Source: Cladosporium halotolerans
Lineage: Eukaryota
Length of the DNA: 64,000 nt
Assembly (NCBI RefSeq): GCF_011745625.1
Contig: NW_027191452.1
Location: 1,302,001 to 1,366,000, forward strand
Direction: 5' to 3'
Within the stretch, counting starts at the first letter, position 1, and the number at the start of each line of letters is the position of its first letter. Below the pieces are notes generated by a model that was not told where the DNA came from, did not search any database, and was given only the letters and a program-made list of their open reading frames with translations. This document shows positions 1 to 11,501 of this stretch, in pieces. The position numbers were made by a program, and so were the translations under genes.

Positions 1-513
1 TCGCTTTTCGGTTTCCTAACTGGCTGGCTATACTTACGCTTCTACCGCATCTCGGACATCGGCGCGACGGAATCCGCAACTGGTGGCGAGGGGAGCATCA
101 TGAAAGGCGACCCGAGCGAGACCTTCGCCTTCGTCTCATTCTTCCCGGATATCTTCCATCCAATTTTGGCCCCGATCTGCGACTCGGTCTACGATGCACT
201 GGTGCAGCTGAAGCTCTGCACTCCCTTCTCGGACTCTGCGATCGAAGCTGCTACAGAAAGCGCTGCTTCGAGGTCTGAGGGAGGCCTGCCAAGTGTTATG
301 AGACAGGGCGGTGGCGGTGGTGGCGGAAAGAGAGCTGAGGCTGAGCGGAGAAGGGCGCTGGCTCTTAAGGCTTTGGATCAGAGGCTGAACGCTGCCGCTG
401 CGAGTCGCAGTGCCAACGAGCCAGCCGCCGGGACGTCCGATGTAGCGCCGGAAGCTGTGCCTAATTCTGCGGAAGTCAAGAACTCCAAAGCGGCGGGTGG
501 AGTGCAGGCGTGA
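1..513 (+). CDS. TMEM115/DUF1751-like Golgi integral membrane protein, 3' part (5' end outside window)
   Basis: Frame is open from base 1 (SLFGFLTGWLYLRFY...GDPSETFAFVSFFP...AERRRALALKALDQRL). These motifs are typical of the DUF1751/TMEM115 C-terminus. Confidence 0.8.
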   Translation, partial: SLFGFLTGWLYLRFYRISDIGATESATGGEGSIMKGDPSETFAFVSFFPDIFHPILAPICDSVYDALVQLKLCTPFSDSAIEAATESAASRSEGGLPSVMRQGGGGGGGKRAEAERRRALALKALDQRLNAAAASRSANEPAAGTSDVAPEAVPNSAEVKNSKAAGGVQA

Positions 514-892
514 GTAGCAGCTTTTGGCTGAAGATTGCTGCGTTTCCAGCGATATATCTAGCGTATAATCCTACATTTTCCGCATGCATGCGTTTCCGAC
601 TCTAATGTACATTTATATTGGTCTGATAGACAAGCACAGCCTCTCGGGTTATGTGTTTGACCGGCGAGGTTGGCTCTCTCATTCAGCTCTTGCCTCTTCA
701 GCCACAAGAGATACAGCGGTCCCGTAGTCTCTTTGAGGTTGCCGTCTTCACTCCACTTCAAACCTCCCCACACCTTCCCTCCCCAAATCACCACCTCCCA
801 TCTTCCCGCAACAAAAAACTCCCAGCGCCATTGCCATGCATTAAAGTATCAATACTCACATCCAGTCTCCCATCCAATCGCATCTCCCACGC

Positions 893-1162
893 TCATCTCC
901 TCATCTCCGCCGCCCTCCTCTCAACCCAAAACCCGCTCTCCGGCCTCCGCAGCTCCTTCATCTCCTGCTTGCTCAGCCGCTGATCCACCTCCTGCACATC
1001 CACAAGCTCCTTGACGGCGAAAATTTGGCCCGCGATGTCCGGCGACACGGGGTGGTAGACGGTGCGCAGCCGCTTGTGCAGGCCCAGCGCTTTCAGCACG
1101 CCGCTGGTCTTCGCGGGCAGGCCGATGGCGCTGCGCATGAGGGTGACGCGGAAGAAGGACAT
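893..1162 (-). CDS. MRPL33: Mitochondrial large-subunit ribosomal protein uL30m
   Basis: 89-aa [19 protein letters not shown]...[14 protein letters not shown]...[13 protein letters not shown], matching the L30 family pattern. Confidence 0.92.
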   Translation of the reverse strand: MSFFRVTLMRSAIGLPAKTSGVLKALGLHKRLRTVYHPVSPDIAGQIFAVKELVDVQEVDQRLSKQEMKELRRPESGFWVERRAAEMRR

Positions 1163-1625
1163 GTTGGGCGGTATGTTGGGTTGTTTGAAGGAGGCTTGGT
1201 CTGGCGGTTGGTGTTAGTTTCCTGATGGTAGTTTTGAGATGGGCGAGGGATGGGCGGACTTTTTGGCTGGGGGGTTTCCGGGGCGAGAAGTTATTTCGGG
1301 GCTAGTTTAGGTTCCGAACGAGCAGTGCGGTCGTAGAGGCGAGTTTGACCGGTATTTAGGTATTATGTCAAGCGGTTGATCTCTTGTCGCATGCCATTCC
1401 CGCTCCTTCTCCGCTCGCAAGTCTTCGAATCCGGCGCAAGCAAGCTTTGCGGAACGTGCCGAGCGAGGGCCGTTTGGCGGAGAGACGATCTGGGGAGAGC
1501 GACACCTGCAGCTCGTGCCTGATCTCAAGAACACATTGAAGCTAGGTAGACATTGCGTTTGCGACACTAAACCGACCTTCCCCTCGCAAACCCAGGCGCC
1601 GGCCGCCTCTCACCCCGCCGCAACC

Positions 1626-3914
1626 ATGAACGACCCCATCCTGGAAGACACGACGTCGCGGCTGGCGGAGCTGCTCAAGCACCCGGACGACCTGGACAAG
1701 CTCCCCTCATTACGCTCCGAGTTCACGCGCAAGAAAGCCGCGATCGACGGGCAACTGAAAGTGGGACTCAAAGACCAGCTCGAGGTAACGCAGAACGGCA
1801 TGTCGAGCATCGTCGAGGGCCAGAAGATAGTGGGCTCGATCAAGGACGAGATGATGAAGATCGACAAGCTGTGCGCCGAGGCGCAGGGCATGATCCGCGA
1901 CTTCCCCGAGATCAATCGCATGAGCGTCATGCAGCGCAACTTCGCGGCCGTCGAGAGCATGAAGGACGCGATTGGGGGGTTCGGGGCGCGGTTGGCGGAG
2001 CTGGAAGAGTTGTTGCGCGAGGACGATGAACTGATCGAGCAGCCGAACCTGCTGGCGATTCACGGTGAGCTGACGGATTTGAGGGATCTGAGGGACCAGG
2101 CGATGGATCAGGTCAAGGGCGCGGAGGGAGAGAGTGGGATTGAGATGATTGAGAATTTGCCGTTGGAGGGTGGGGTCACGCTGAGGGATCATTTTACGAG
2201 GCTGGATGAGATGGTGGAATGGTTTGAGGAGCATGTGGCGCAGGTCTGTCATAATCTGATTGGATTGGTGCTGGAGGATCAATTGTCGCTAATTGTGAGA
2301 TTGGCATTGGTCATCGAGGATGAAGAGAAGAAGGACAAACAGGTCAAGGCGTTACAAGATGCACAGAGAGAGTTCCAGGATGTTGCGAGCAGGTTCAAGA
2401 GCATAAATGTCGGGCAAAGGGAGCTCAGAGGGTACAAAAAGAAGATGTTGCAGGCCATCGAGGTTACCGCGGAGTCACAGTTCGAACAGCTGAAGCAAGA
2501 CTTCCTCGAGGAACCGGACAAACTGGAGAAGAGCTGTCGATGGTTCTTCAACGAGCTGAACACAGTCAAACTCGGAATGGTCGAACTAATGCCTAAGAAG
2601 TGGAAGATCTTCAAAACATACACGAAGATCTACCATAAGCTCATGCACGATTTCCTGGTATCACGATTGGACGACCCAGACATCACGCCTGTACACATGC
2701 TTGCGGTGCTCAACTGGGTGCCCAAATATTACAACAAGATGACCCGGTTGGGTATTGAGGAGGAAGAACTGAAACCGCACATTATCGACTTACGAGAAAA
2801 CGATTTGGTTCGGGAATACCGATCGCTCATCACAAAGGCGGTCGAAGAATGGATGGCCCGCATGGGTGGAACCGACAAGCAGCAGTTCCTGACTCGTGCC
2901 GAGAACAGTCTGGACGAGAATGCCGAAGGTCATCTGCACACGAAATCATTAGGAGACATGTGGACTATGCTTCGCGAACAGCTCTTCGTCGCTCAAAACT
3001 CAGGCCGGCCCGATGTTGTCGAAGGTGTGATCGACGCTATGTACGTCGCGCTCAAGCAACGGCAGCAGATGTGGGAGCGTTTGGTCGACGACGAGGCGCG
3101 CAAGTTCGAAACTGGCCAGCTTAACGAAGAGGCTGTGAGTGGTTATCACGACTGGCTTGTGGCTATCGCGAACGATCAGATCGCCAACATCGACGACGAT
3201 CCGACTTCAGGCGCGACGTCGTTTCTCACACGTTTCAGAAGCGATTTTGAACCTTTGGTCAGCCCTGCATACGCCATATCATCTCAAGTCGACCATGAGG
3301 CTCTGTCCAATGCATACGTCGATCTATCGACGCACTGCATCGCTTTGTTTGCAAAGACGATCTTCACTGTGGACTTCAAGGCCATCATGCAAGACTTCTT
3401 CACGCCGACGTGGTACCAGAAGGCTTGTATGCCGCAGATCATCAGCACCTTCGAGGACTACCTCAACGATTACACCGATGTATTCCACCCTTCATTGCGA
3501 GAGATTCTCATCGAAGAGCTCGCGGACGAGCTACTTGTACGCTACCTCAGCGCAGTACGAAACAAGGGCGCCAAATTCCGGCGTACCGATCCGTTCACGG
3601 AGAAGATTCGCGACGATGTCGTTGCCGCATTCGAGTTTTTCAAGACATACCCCGATGCATTTGAAATCGCCAAGGAAAAGTGGCGAGCAGTGTCGAAGTT
3701 CTCAGATCTATTGAGCGCAAGCAAGGGCCAGGAGGTTATTGAAGCATACACCAGCATGAAGGAAGCATATTGGGACGTGCAGATAGGCTGGGTCGAGGCC
3801 GTGTTGAAGAGTAGAGACGACTACGAGAGAAGCATGCTGAATAACGTGAAGACTGCGGCGGCAGCAATCAGCTCCGAGAGAGGCATAGACACCGTTATGA
3901 GTAAAGTGAGATAG
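1626..3914 (+). CDS. SEC6: Exocyst complex component Sec6 (intronless)
   Basis: 762-aa helical ORF from the ATG at 1626 (LAELLKHPDDLDKL, RKKAAIDGQLK, WLVAIANDQI), typical of fungal Sec6. Confidence 0.93.
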   Translation: MNDPILEDTTSRLAELLKHPDDLDKLPSLRSEFTRKKAAIDGQLKVGLKDQLEVTQNGMSSIVEGQKIVGSIKDEMMKIDKLCAEAQGMIRDFPEINRMSVMQRNFAAVESMKDAIGGFGARLAELEELLREDDELIEQPNLLAIHGELTDLRDLRDQAMDQVKGAEGESGIEMIENLPLEGGVTLRDHFTRLDEMVEWFEEHVAQVCHNLIGLVLEDQLSLIVRLALVIEDEEKKDKQVKALQDAQREFQDVASRFKSINVGQRELRGYKKKMLQAIEVTAESQFEQLKQDFLEEPDKLEKSCRWFFNELNTVKLGMVELMPKKWKIFKTYTKIYHKLMHDFLVSRLDDPDITPVHMLAVLNWVPKYYNKMTRLGIEEEELKPHIIDLRENDLVREYRSLITKAVEEWMARMGGTDKQQFLTRAENSLDENAEGHLHTKSLGDMWTMLREQLFVAQNSGRPDVVEGVIDAMYVALKQRQQMWERLVDDEARKFETGQLNEEAVSGYHDWLVAIANDQIANIDDDPTSGATSFLTRFRSDFEPLVSPAYAISSQVDHEALSNAYVDLSTHCIALFAKTIFTVDFKAIMQDFFTPTWYQKACMPQIISTFEDYLNDYTDVFHPSLREILIEELADELLVRYLSAVRNKGAKFRRTDPFTEKIRDDVVAAFEFFKTYPDAFEIAKEKWRAVSKFSDLLSASKGQEVIEAYTSMKEAYWDVQIGWVEAVLKSRDDYERSMLNNVKTAAAAISSERGIDTVMSKVR

Positions 3915-4172
3915 CATGACAGTAATGAACAAATCGCGCCATGAACAGATATTTTGTATGCACAGATATTCTGAGTAGTGGAAAGTGTTGAGCTCGTGAA
4001 GGCTGTAGAGTGAGTGGTCTGCCAAAACGCTCGGGCGGGAGTACCCGCCCGGAACTTCCTGGTTTGCCCGACGACGCAGCATTGGCAAGAAGGAACGTCG
4101 AGCTTCACCCGCTATCCCCATCGATACCACCTTCACCCCGAACACCACCCCGTCCGCCTCGACACCGTCAAA

Positions 4173-4990
4173 ATGCTCGCCAGCCGTGTCGCCGCCCGCA
4201 GCGCCCGCGCCGCCGCGCCGCGCTTCTCCGCCGTCTCCGTGAGGGGTTTCGCCGACGCCGCAAAGGTCGACTCCAAGCCTCCTGTCGCCCTCTTCGGTCT
4301 CGATGGCACCTACGCCAGCGCGCTAGTACGTAGCAGCAGGAGGACATATGAGGTCGCAGGAATGAAAAAACGAACGGGATAAACTAATACGTCCGGCGCG
4401 ACCATAGTACACCGCGGCCGCCAAGTCCTCCTCTCTTGACGCCGTCTCGCGCGCCATGGAGAACTTCCAGGCCACCTTCAAGAAGGACGCGCAGCTCCAG
4501 AAGATCCTGACCGCCCCCACCCTTTCCGTCGAGGACAAGACCGCGATCGTCGCCGAGCTCCAGAAGACCACCGGCGTCACCGACAACACCCTCAAGCACT
4601 TCCTCGAGACCCTCGCCCAGAACAACCGCCTCGCCATCCTCGAGGGCGTCAGCGAGAAGTTCGCTACCCTCATGAGCGCCGCCCGCGGTGAGGTCGAGAT
4701 GACCATCACCTCGGCCGCTCCTCTGGACGCCAAGGTTGTGAAGCAGCTGGAGACCGCTGTCGGCAAGAGCCAGTACGTCGGTCAGGGCAAGAAGCTGAAG
4801 GTTGTTCCCAAGGTAAGATTCGCGAATTTGGAAAACGCCGGGGGGATTGATACAGATATCTAACGACCGATTGCAGGTCAACCCTGAGATCCGTGGTGGT
4901 CTCGTCGTCGAGATCGGTGACCGCACCATCGACCTTTCCGTCTCCTCCAAGATCGCCAAGATGAACAAGCTCCTCCAGGACTCTTTGTAA
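4173..4990 (+). CDS. ATP5: ATP synthase subunit 5 (OSCP), mitochondrial; exons 4173-4325, 4408-4812, 4877-4990
   Basis: Arg/Ala-rich presequence, KPPVALFGLDGTYASAL|YTAA, VNPEIRGGLVVEIGDRTIDLSVSSKI. Two canonical GT-AG introns keep the frame. Confidence 0.96.
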
Positions 4991-5407
4991 ATATGATGTA
5001 GCTATAGAAGCCGGAGCAGTAGCGAGTTGAATGTTCATTTGTATTGTTATCTCTAATCTCCAGTCTCTGATTCAGAAGGCACACCTGCAGTTCGATGCAG
5101 CCCCGGCAGCTACGCGGTGGTATAAGCTACCTTACTTATCATCGGTCACGAAATAACGATCGTCCGATGTTTCATACGATATTTCTACGCACGGCAGTGA
5201 AAGTGCGAACTTGAGCTGGGCTTTAGTCATGCATCTAAGGGTATCCAATTTGAGGGGAGCTACTGACACTACGAGAGAGTCGGCAGGAAGGCCCATTGTC
5301 ATCAATCGCTTAAACTGCACTTACCACGTCCTCTGACGCTGGCAGACCGCTTTGCCGAACGCTTTAGAACAAATGGAAGTCGTCACTCCCAATTTCCGAA
5401 GAAGCCT

Positions 5408-8015
5408 TCAGCTGAAGACGGAATTCCGAGTGCTCTCCTTCTCCCTCGTCGAGTTATGCAAGTGCTGCGTCACCTGCAGCACTTTTTCAATGTGCTGCTT
5501 GCCTAGCCCTTCACCAGTCCGCAAAGCCAGCAGCTGCGCGGTCTTGAGCACGTTCTTGATCTGCCGCCCATTGAGCACCAGGGTCCTAGCGAGGTGATCA
5601 ATGTCCGACTTGCTGATCTGATGCGGCAACGTGCGCTTGACATGCTGCTCATGCGCATCCGCACTGCCACTGTCCTCCACAGCCTTGGGCGGCTTCGCGC
5701 GCGCCGCCGTCTGCGTCTCGTCGTGCTTCTTCAAGAAGTTGGTCCAGACGGCGCGGCGCGAGTCGACCGTCAGCTCCTTATAGTCGATGGAGATGAGGAT
5801 GCGGCTCTGGAATGCCGGGTCGAAGGTCTGCACGCGGTTCGTCGTCAGGATCATGTTGCCCTCGTAGTACTCGAGCACGCGCAGGAAGATGCTGACGAGC
5901 TTGTTGCGCTCCAGCTCGTGCAGGCTGCGCTCCTCCAGGAACACGTCCGCCTCGTCGAGCAGCAGGATCGCGTTCCAGCGCGTGCACATGTCCAGCACGC
6001 CTTGCAGCTTCGTCTCGACGTGCCTAGGGTCGAGCCCGAGATCGCCGGCGGACATGACGAAGAGCGGCGTTTTCATTTCTTCGGCGACGCCTTCGGCCGT
6101 TAACGTCTTGCCGGTGCCTGGAGGGCCGCAGAGCAGGATGACCATGCCGCGGCCTTTACCCTCGACCACATCGTCGAACTGGCGACGATAGGCCTCCGGC
6201 GTCGATGCAAAGCCCAAAGTCAGCTCCTTTTCGTTGTCAGGAAGTACAAGGCTCTCAAACGCTTTGGTGTTGAAGGTAATGTCGTGCAGGCTGTTGACAA
6301 AGAAGTTCAGCCACATCTTGTCCTTAAGCGAGTAGCCGCGCACGATCGGAGTGCAGATCATCTTTTGCAAGTCGGTGAGCGGCAGGCGCGCGGCCTCCTC
6401 TCCGTCGTCCTCCTCGTCCAGGAAATGGCCCTCCATTGGAACGTCACTGCCGTCTTCCCTCCAGGTGTTTTCGTGAGCCCAGCCGTCGTCGTCAGGGGAG
6501 TCACCGGCCCCAATGCCGTTCGCTGACGCAGTATCTGCCGTGCTTCTGCCTCAAGTCAATACATCGATTCGGTCCGTGAAGAGGGTAGCAGTAGTACGTA
6601 CAGTGGAGAGACATAGACTGCGGAGTTCGGCTGGAAGCGATTCCATCCAATGGTGTCGAGCACCACGCGTCCCTTGACAGAATACTTCTCCATCTGATTG
6701 ATGTCGTTCATCCGCCACCCGATGCCGGTGTAGGCGCGGAAGTGAGACCCAGCAAGGGCCTCGACTTTACCACCACGTTCGACAAGCTTGGTTTTCACCG
6801 CGTCCTTTGAAGCGTGGCGTTCGAAGGGAATAGCCGCGAGGATGGAGAAGTCTTTGGTACCTGTGTGACAGTCAGTACCCGTAGTTGGAGACGTGTGATT
6901 TCACTGTGATCAAAACGAGATCACCTTGCTCGAACGTACCATCGTAGGTCGGAATGCTGATGTTGACCTTGTTGGTCCCGAAGTCGGCGCCGTCGTAGTC
7001 GACGTACTGGCAGGTGAGCCAGTAGACGGAGCCTTGTTCGCGATCTCGGCCGTAGCGGGACGAGTACAGGCGGAAGCATCTGTCCTGGCCTTGCAGCTTC
7101 GCGTAGACGAAACAGCCCGGCTGAAAAGCAGTCCACAGAAGATCGTAGGTGATGACGCCCTTGCTTATCATATCCCGGGAAGACTCAATAGTCTCCTTGA
7201 ACTCCTCTTCGAGGAAATTGTAAAGTAGCTCACCATGCTGAGCCCGGTCGATCTTATCCTGCTCTGCCCCTTCTTTCTCGCTCTCGCTCTTGAGCTTGGT
7301 CACTGCGGCTTTCAGTTCCGTCCAGCGGTGGATGAGCGGCTCGAAGTGGCAAGAGAACTCAAGCCGATCGAGGCCTACAGTGACCCCAGGATATCCATCG
7401 AGGACTTCTCCAAGAAGGTCTTTGAGGAGCGGGCTTTGGATGACGATCGAGTGAAGTGAGAGAACACGTCTCGGATCGCCGTAGACCTTGACCATGCGCA
7501 CCAAGATCGCGTAGCGCAAGGAATCAGCATCTTCGGCGGGCTTGCCCAAGTCTTTCGGGATCGTGGTCTGCCACTGGAAGCGGCCGCGCTTGTCTTCTTT
7601 GCCACCTGTGGGTCATGTCAGTTAATGAGTTCGCGCAGAAGGTTGGGGCATGCCTACTGTAGAGATGCTTCAACCCGCTTTTCATGCCAATGTCCTTCTC
7701 GTCGACCACCACGAGCTTTTCGACCCCTTCTGCCAGCTCCGCATCGCCAGTCGGTGTATCTCCCTGTGGCGTGAATGGGTCCACGATCGCCGGGAATGGC
7801 GGGCTCGCATCGTCGTCAGAATCTGACGACCTAGACATGTCGTTGTCGTGGCCGAGTCTAGAGTGCGTTTTGCGGCGGCGGCGGCGGATCATAGAAGCTT
7901 TGCGCTGGCTGTAGAGGCGATCTAAGCGAGCACGATGGAGCAACAGCTCTTCTCCGTGTATCCTCGAGTAGGTGCGGCGAGGGGAAGGAGGCAAGAGCTT
8001 GTCGAGCGGATTCAT
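5408..8015 (-). CDS. Fungal AAA+ ATPase with long N-terminal domain; 4 exons
   Basis: Walker A GPPGTGKT, Walker B LLLDEAD, LEYY/LTTNR/FDPAFQSRI. Introns near 7606-7657, 6861-6939 and 6547-6601 join the ORF pieces in frame. Confidence 0.88.
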
Positions 8016-8696
8016 TGACAAGTGGTAAGGAAGAAGTCACGAGTGAGAGCAGGCACGAGCATTTGTTTGTATGAGAGAGGGAAAGCGGAAAGAGTCCACT
8101 CACGAGTGAATAATCGCACAGCGAGGCTGATGGTTGCAGGCTGCAGGAAGCTGCCTGATGACACAGCTTGCTTGCTTGCATGAGGATGAGGACACACACG
8201 GTCACGGGTATTGCGGTACCCGTTCGTCAAGCACGTGATACTAGATTCTTCATTTGAAGAGATCCTCAGGCTTGACTGGTTTCTAACTGTGAGTTTGGGT
8301 TGAAAACCACATGTTTGAGCGGCTGGAGATTGAGAATGAATGTTGATCGACTTCTATACATCACATGCGAACGATGGTCTGTGCGAGATCCACACCGGAA
8401 TCCCTGCATGAACCTTTCAGCTGCTAGACATCCGTGCTTTGTGGCTGGCCGGCAGCGGCCTCACTAGCTATCAGGCTTCCACAACTACATCATTGCATAC
8501 TGCGGTGTTTTTCAATTCAGCCTGTAGCGCATGCAACTCCACGGCACATGCATGAGCATCATTGATGCATACGAGATCAATATCGCTCTCGTTTCTCTCA
8601 TCACTAATGCTGCCTTCTGGACTCGAGGAGTGAATAGACTTGCTCTAGCTTCGCAACTCAAAGACGTATGCGAACAAACCCCCGTTCCACTCTACT

Positions 8697-10634
8697 CTAC
8701 GACTCATACGACTCTCTTCCGACTTCGCAGAGCTGCACTGGATCTTGCCCAACGCCATTCTCGATGCCCCAGGGGCCTCTAGGCTCCCACAGCTCGCTTC
8801 CAACTCCGTTCTTGTACCAAAACACGCCGTTTGGATCCCATTCCCTCTTCAAGGCGAACAGCCGGGCATAGTTCTCACCGTTAAACGTCTTTTGCCAATC
8901 CGGCTCGGTTGGATCGGCCTCGTTGACGTACGCGCCAGTGTCTGGTGCCAGTTCTCGAAGCTCTTGCACCTCTTCTGTGCGTAGGATGGTGGTGATTTCT
9001 TCCTTTGCAGTGTCGTTGAGAGGTTCCCAGCTCCGTGGCAGTGCTATCGATATGTCAGCGGCTGTCTGGTCAGGCTCTAAAGGTAAGAGGGCTTGCCTAT
9101 CTGCATGCAAGTCTTTCTCCAGGCAGGAAAGACTGCATTCGAGCCACCTGCGATACCTCCCTTCGGCTTCCAAGTACCAGGGCCAGCAATGACATGTCCA
9201 AGCATAGGCCAGCCGACTGATTCGCCGCTTGCCTTACGTAAGGCGTCCTTCAGCTCGGGTAGAGGCTTTGATAAAGCATTTTCGTCGAGAAGTCGACTGC
9301 CGAGTCGGATAGGGAGCCCTGCACTGTCTGCCTGGTTTTGCAACGCAAATCCCTTGATAAAATCGGGATACTCCTGTCCGGCACTAATGGTCCGAACAGG
9401 ATCGCTCCACGTCGTTGCCTTCATATGCTCTTCCATGGGCGCCAAAATATCTTTCACCTGCTCTGGAGATAGTTTCGGTGCAATCCATTCGCCGTAAAGC
9501 TTGCCTTGCATTGCCGGATCTGGCTCGCTGGGATCAAGTGACGTGACCCAGAAATATCCCATCAAGCCTGACTTCACAAGCTGTGGCACCTGAGAATGAA
9601 AGTAGGTAACCATCGACCAGAAAGTGTCGGATCTGGCGGTCGTATTGTATGCGAAATTGAAGCCAGTGTACGAGATGCTTTCGTACGCTTTGACAGTCAC
9701 GCTTACGATGACCGCGAAGTTGCTTGCGCCACCCTAGACGTGTCAGCGAAGAACAGGCATAGGAACTCATCAACTTACTCCACGTAAGGCCCAGAAAAGG
9801 TCCGGGTCTGACGTCTGGTTGACGGTACGAAACGCGCCGTCGGCAGTCACGACTTCCATTTCCAAGACCTGGTCGGCTCCCATGCCATAATATGCTGACA
9901 CGGGACTGTGGCCTCCGTTTGCGATCCAGCCGCCGATGCCAACGTGCGGATCAGCACCGCCGACGACAGTGATGTTGTGCGCTGCGGCAAATTCATAGAC
10001 GTCGATCATACGTTCGCCGGCGGCGATCTTGACCGACCCAACCCCTCCCAGAGCTAGAGCTCGAGGATCGCCCCGGTTCAGGGTGAGGCCTCGGAGTTTG
10101 TGGGTTTGGATGGAGAGCGAATCGGATCCAGAGGACCTGTCTCGGTCAGCGGTCATCATTAGAGAGGCAGATCTGCACATACCTTCCGGGCACATCGTGG
10201 CCGGTGCCTTTAACAATCAGACGAATGCGCGTCTCGCGAGCGAATGAGACTGCATGTTGGATATCTTGCGCGTTGGCGGCTGGGACGACATATCGAGGAT
10301 AGCTGCGGAAGTCGCATGGGTAGGTGTCGTTCGGGAGACAGGCCATGTCGTTGTAGTCGGCCGACACCAAGTTGAGGGCGTGGAATGTGGTGTTGGTCCA
10401 ATGGCTCGCCACTTCGGTACACGCGACATTGTCGTAGTCAGGCAATTCGGGATGGCAAACGGCTCCCGGTGGGGTCGGCGTCACGAGCCTCCCTGATATG
10501 GAGTTGTTCAGGCTCCGCCAGACGGAAGCTGAGGGCCATTCGGGCGAGCCGTAGATTGGCTTGCAGGTTGGCGATCTTGGAGGAAGAGAGGAACATCGCG
10601 AAACCCAGAGGGCAATTGGAAATAATTTCAGCAT
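8697..10634 (-). CDS. Secreted FAD-linked oxidoreductase (FAD_binding_4 + BBE-like domain); 4 exons
   Basis: Signal peptide, VKGTGHD (His at the usual covalent-FAD position), GGHSPVS, DLFWALRGGG, GAYVNEAD, KREWDPNGVF. The third intron is GC-AG. Confidence 0.88.
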
Positions 10635-11196
10635 CGTTGCGATTGAAAGAAGAATTGCGCTCGGTACCTCGAACTGTACCGCATAGCTGATCTGAAGGGA
10701 GAAAACTTCCCTCTTTTATATCTGAGCAGCGATGATTGACGGACAGTGGCCTACAGTAGTATGGGTCCATTGCGTCTGCTACGAAAGCGACCGAATCATT
10801 CGTTCATTCCCGAAGTGGGCATATTCGGTTGAACCAAGTGAGGCTTAGCGCACGAAATCGCATTCGCAATTGAATCGGAGAGCCGCAATTGACGCCTGCC
10901 GCACCAGTGCCGCAACCGCCATTGGTTTGATCAGTACGTCAATCGATGCCTATAATTTCAGTTCGTGTCTGCCTGAATGCTGTGCCTGCTGCGGAACGTC
11001 GTTGCTAGAGTCAAAGTTTCCAGTCCGAAGATCATGCTGTTTTCTCACGCCAAATTTGACAACATTCTCTACATGCGCGCCAAACGATACCAAGGCGAGT
11101 TATGTTGCGTAATAATGGTCATCCAGTATGTCTTCACCTTTTCTCCTGTTGGTGGGTAGTTGAGTCCTGGAAGTAATAGATCCGGATGAGAATTGA

Positions 11197-11230
11197 CTAA
11201 CCCTAAGTGCAACCCCAACCCTAACCCTAA
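11197..11230 (+). repeat. Interstitial telomeric-type repeats (CCCTAA)
   Basis: CTAACCCTAA at 11197-11206 and AACCCCAACCCTAACCCTAA at 11211-11230. Confidence 0.75.
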
Positions 11231-11501
11231 AAAATCTTTGAGATATCATCATCGATTTTAAAGAAAGGTGGACAGCGAGGTATGGCTGAGCCTTTAGCAA
11301 GGCGAAGACACTTGTGAAAAGCAGGTATGAAACCGACATGGTTGACAATCATGTTCGATGCCTCGGATGGAACGATGTTGTTATAAGGAAATCGTCACAA
11401 TTGTCCACGGGCCTCGGCAAGTCGCGCAGGGTCCCCCGCTCGGCCATCACCACCATCAAGCATCAGCAGTCCGTTTCCTTGGTGGGAATCATTGGGTAGA
11501 A

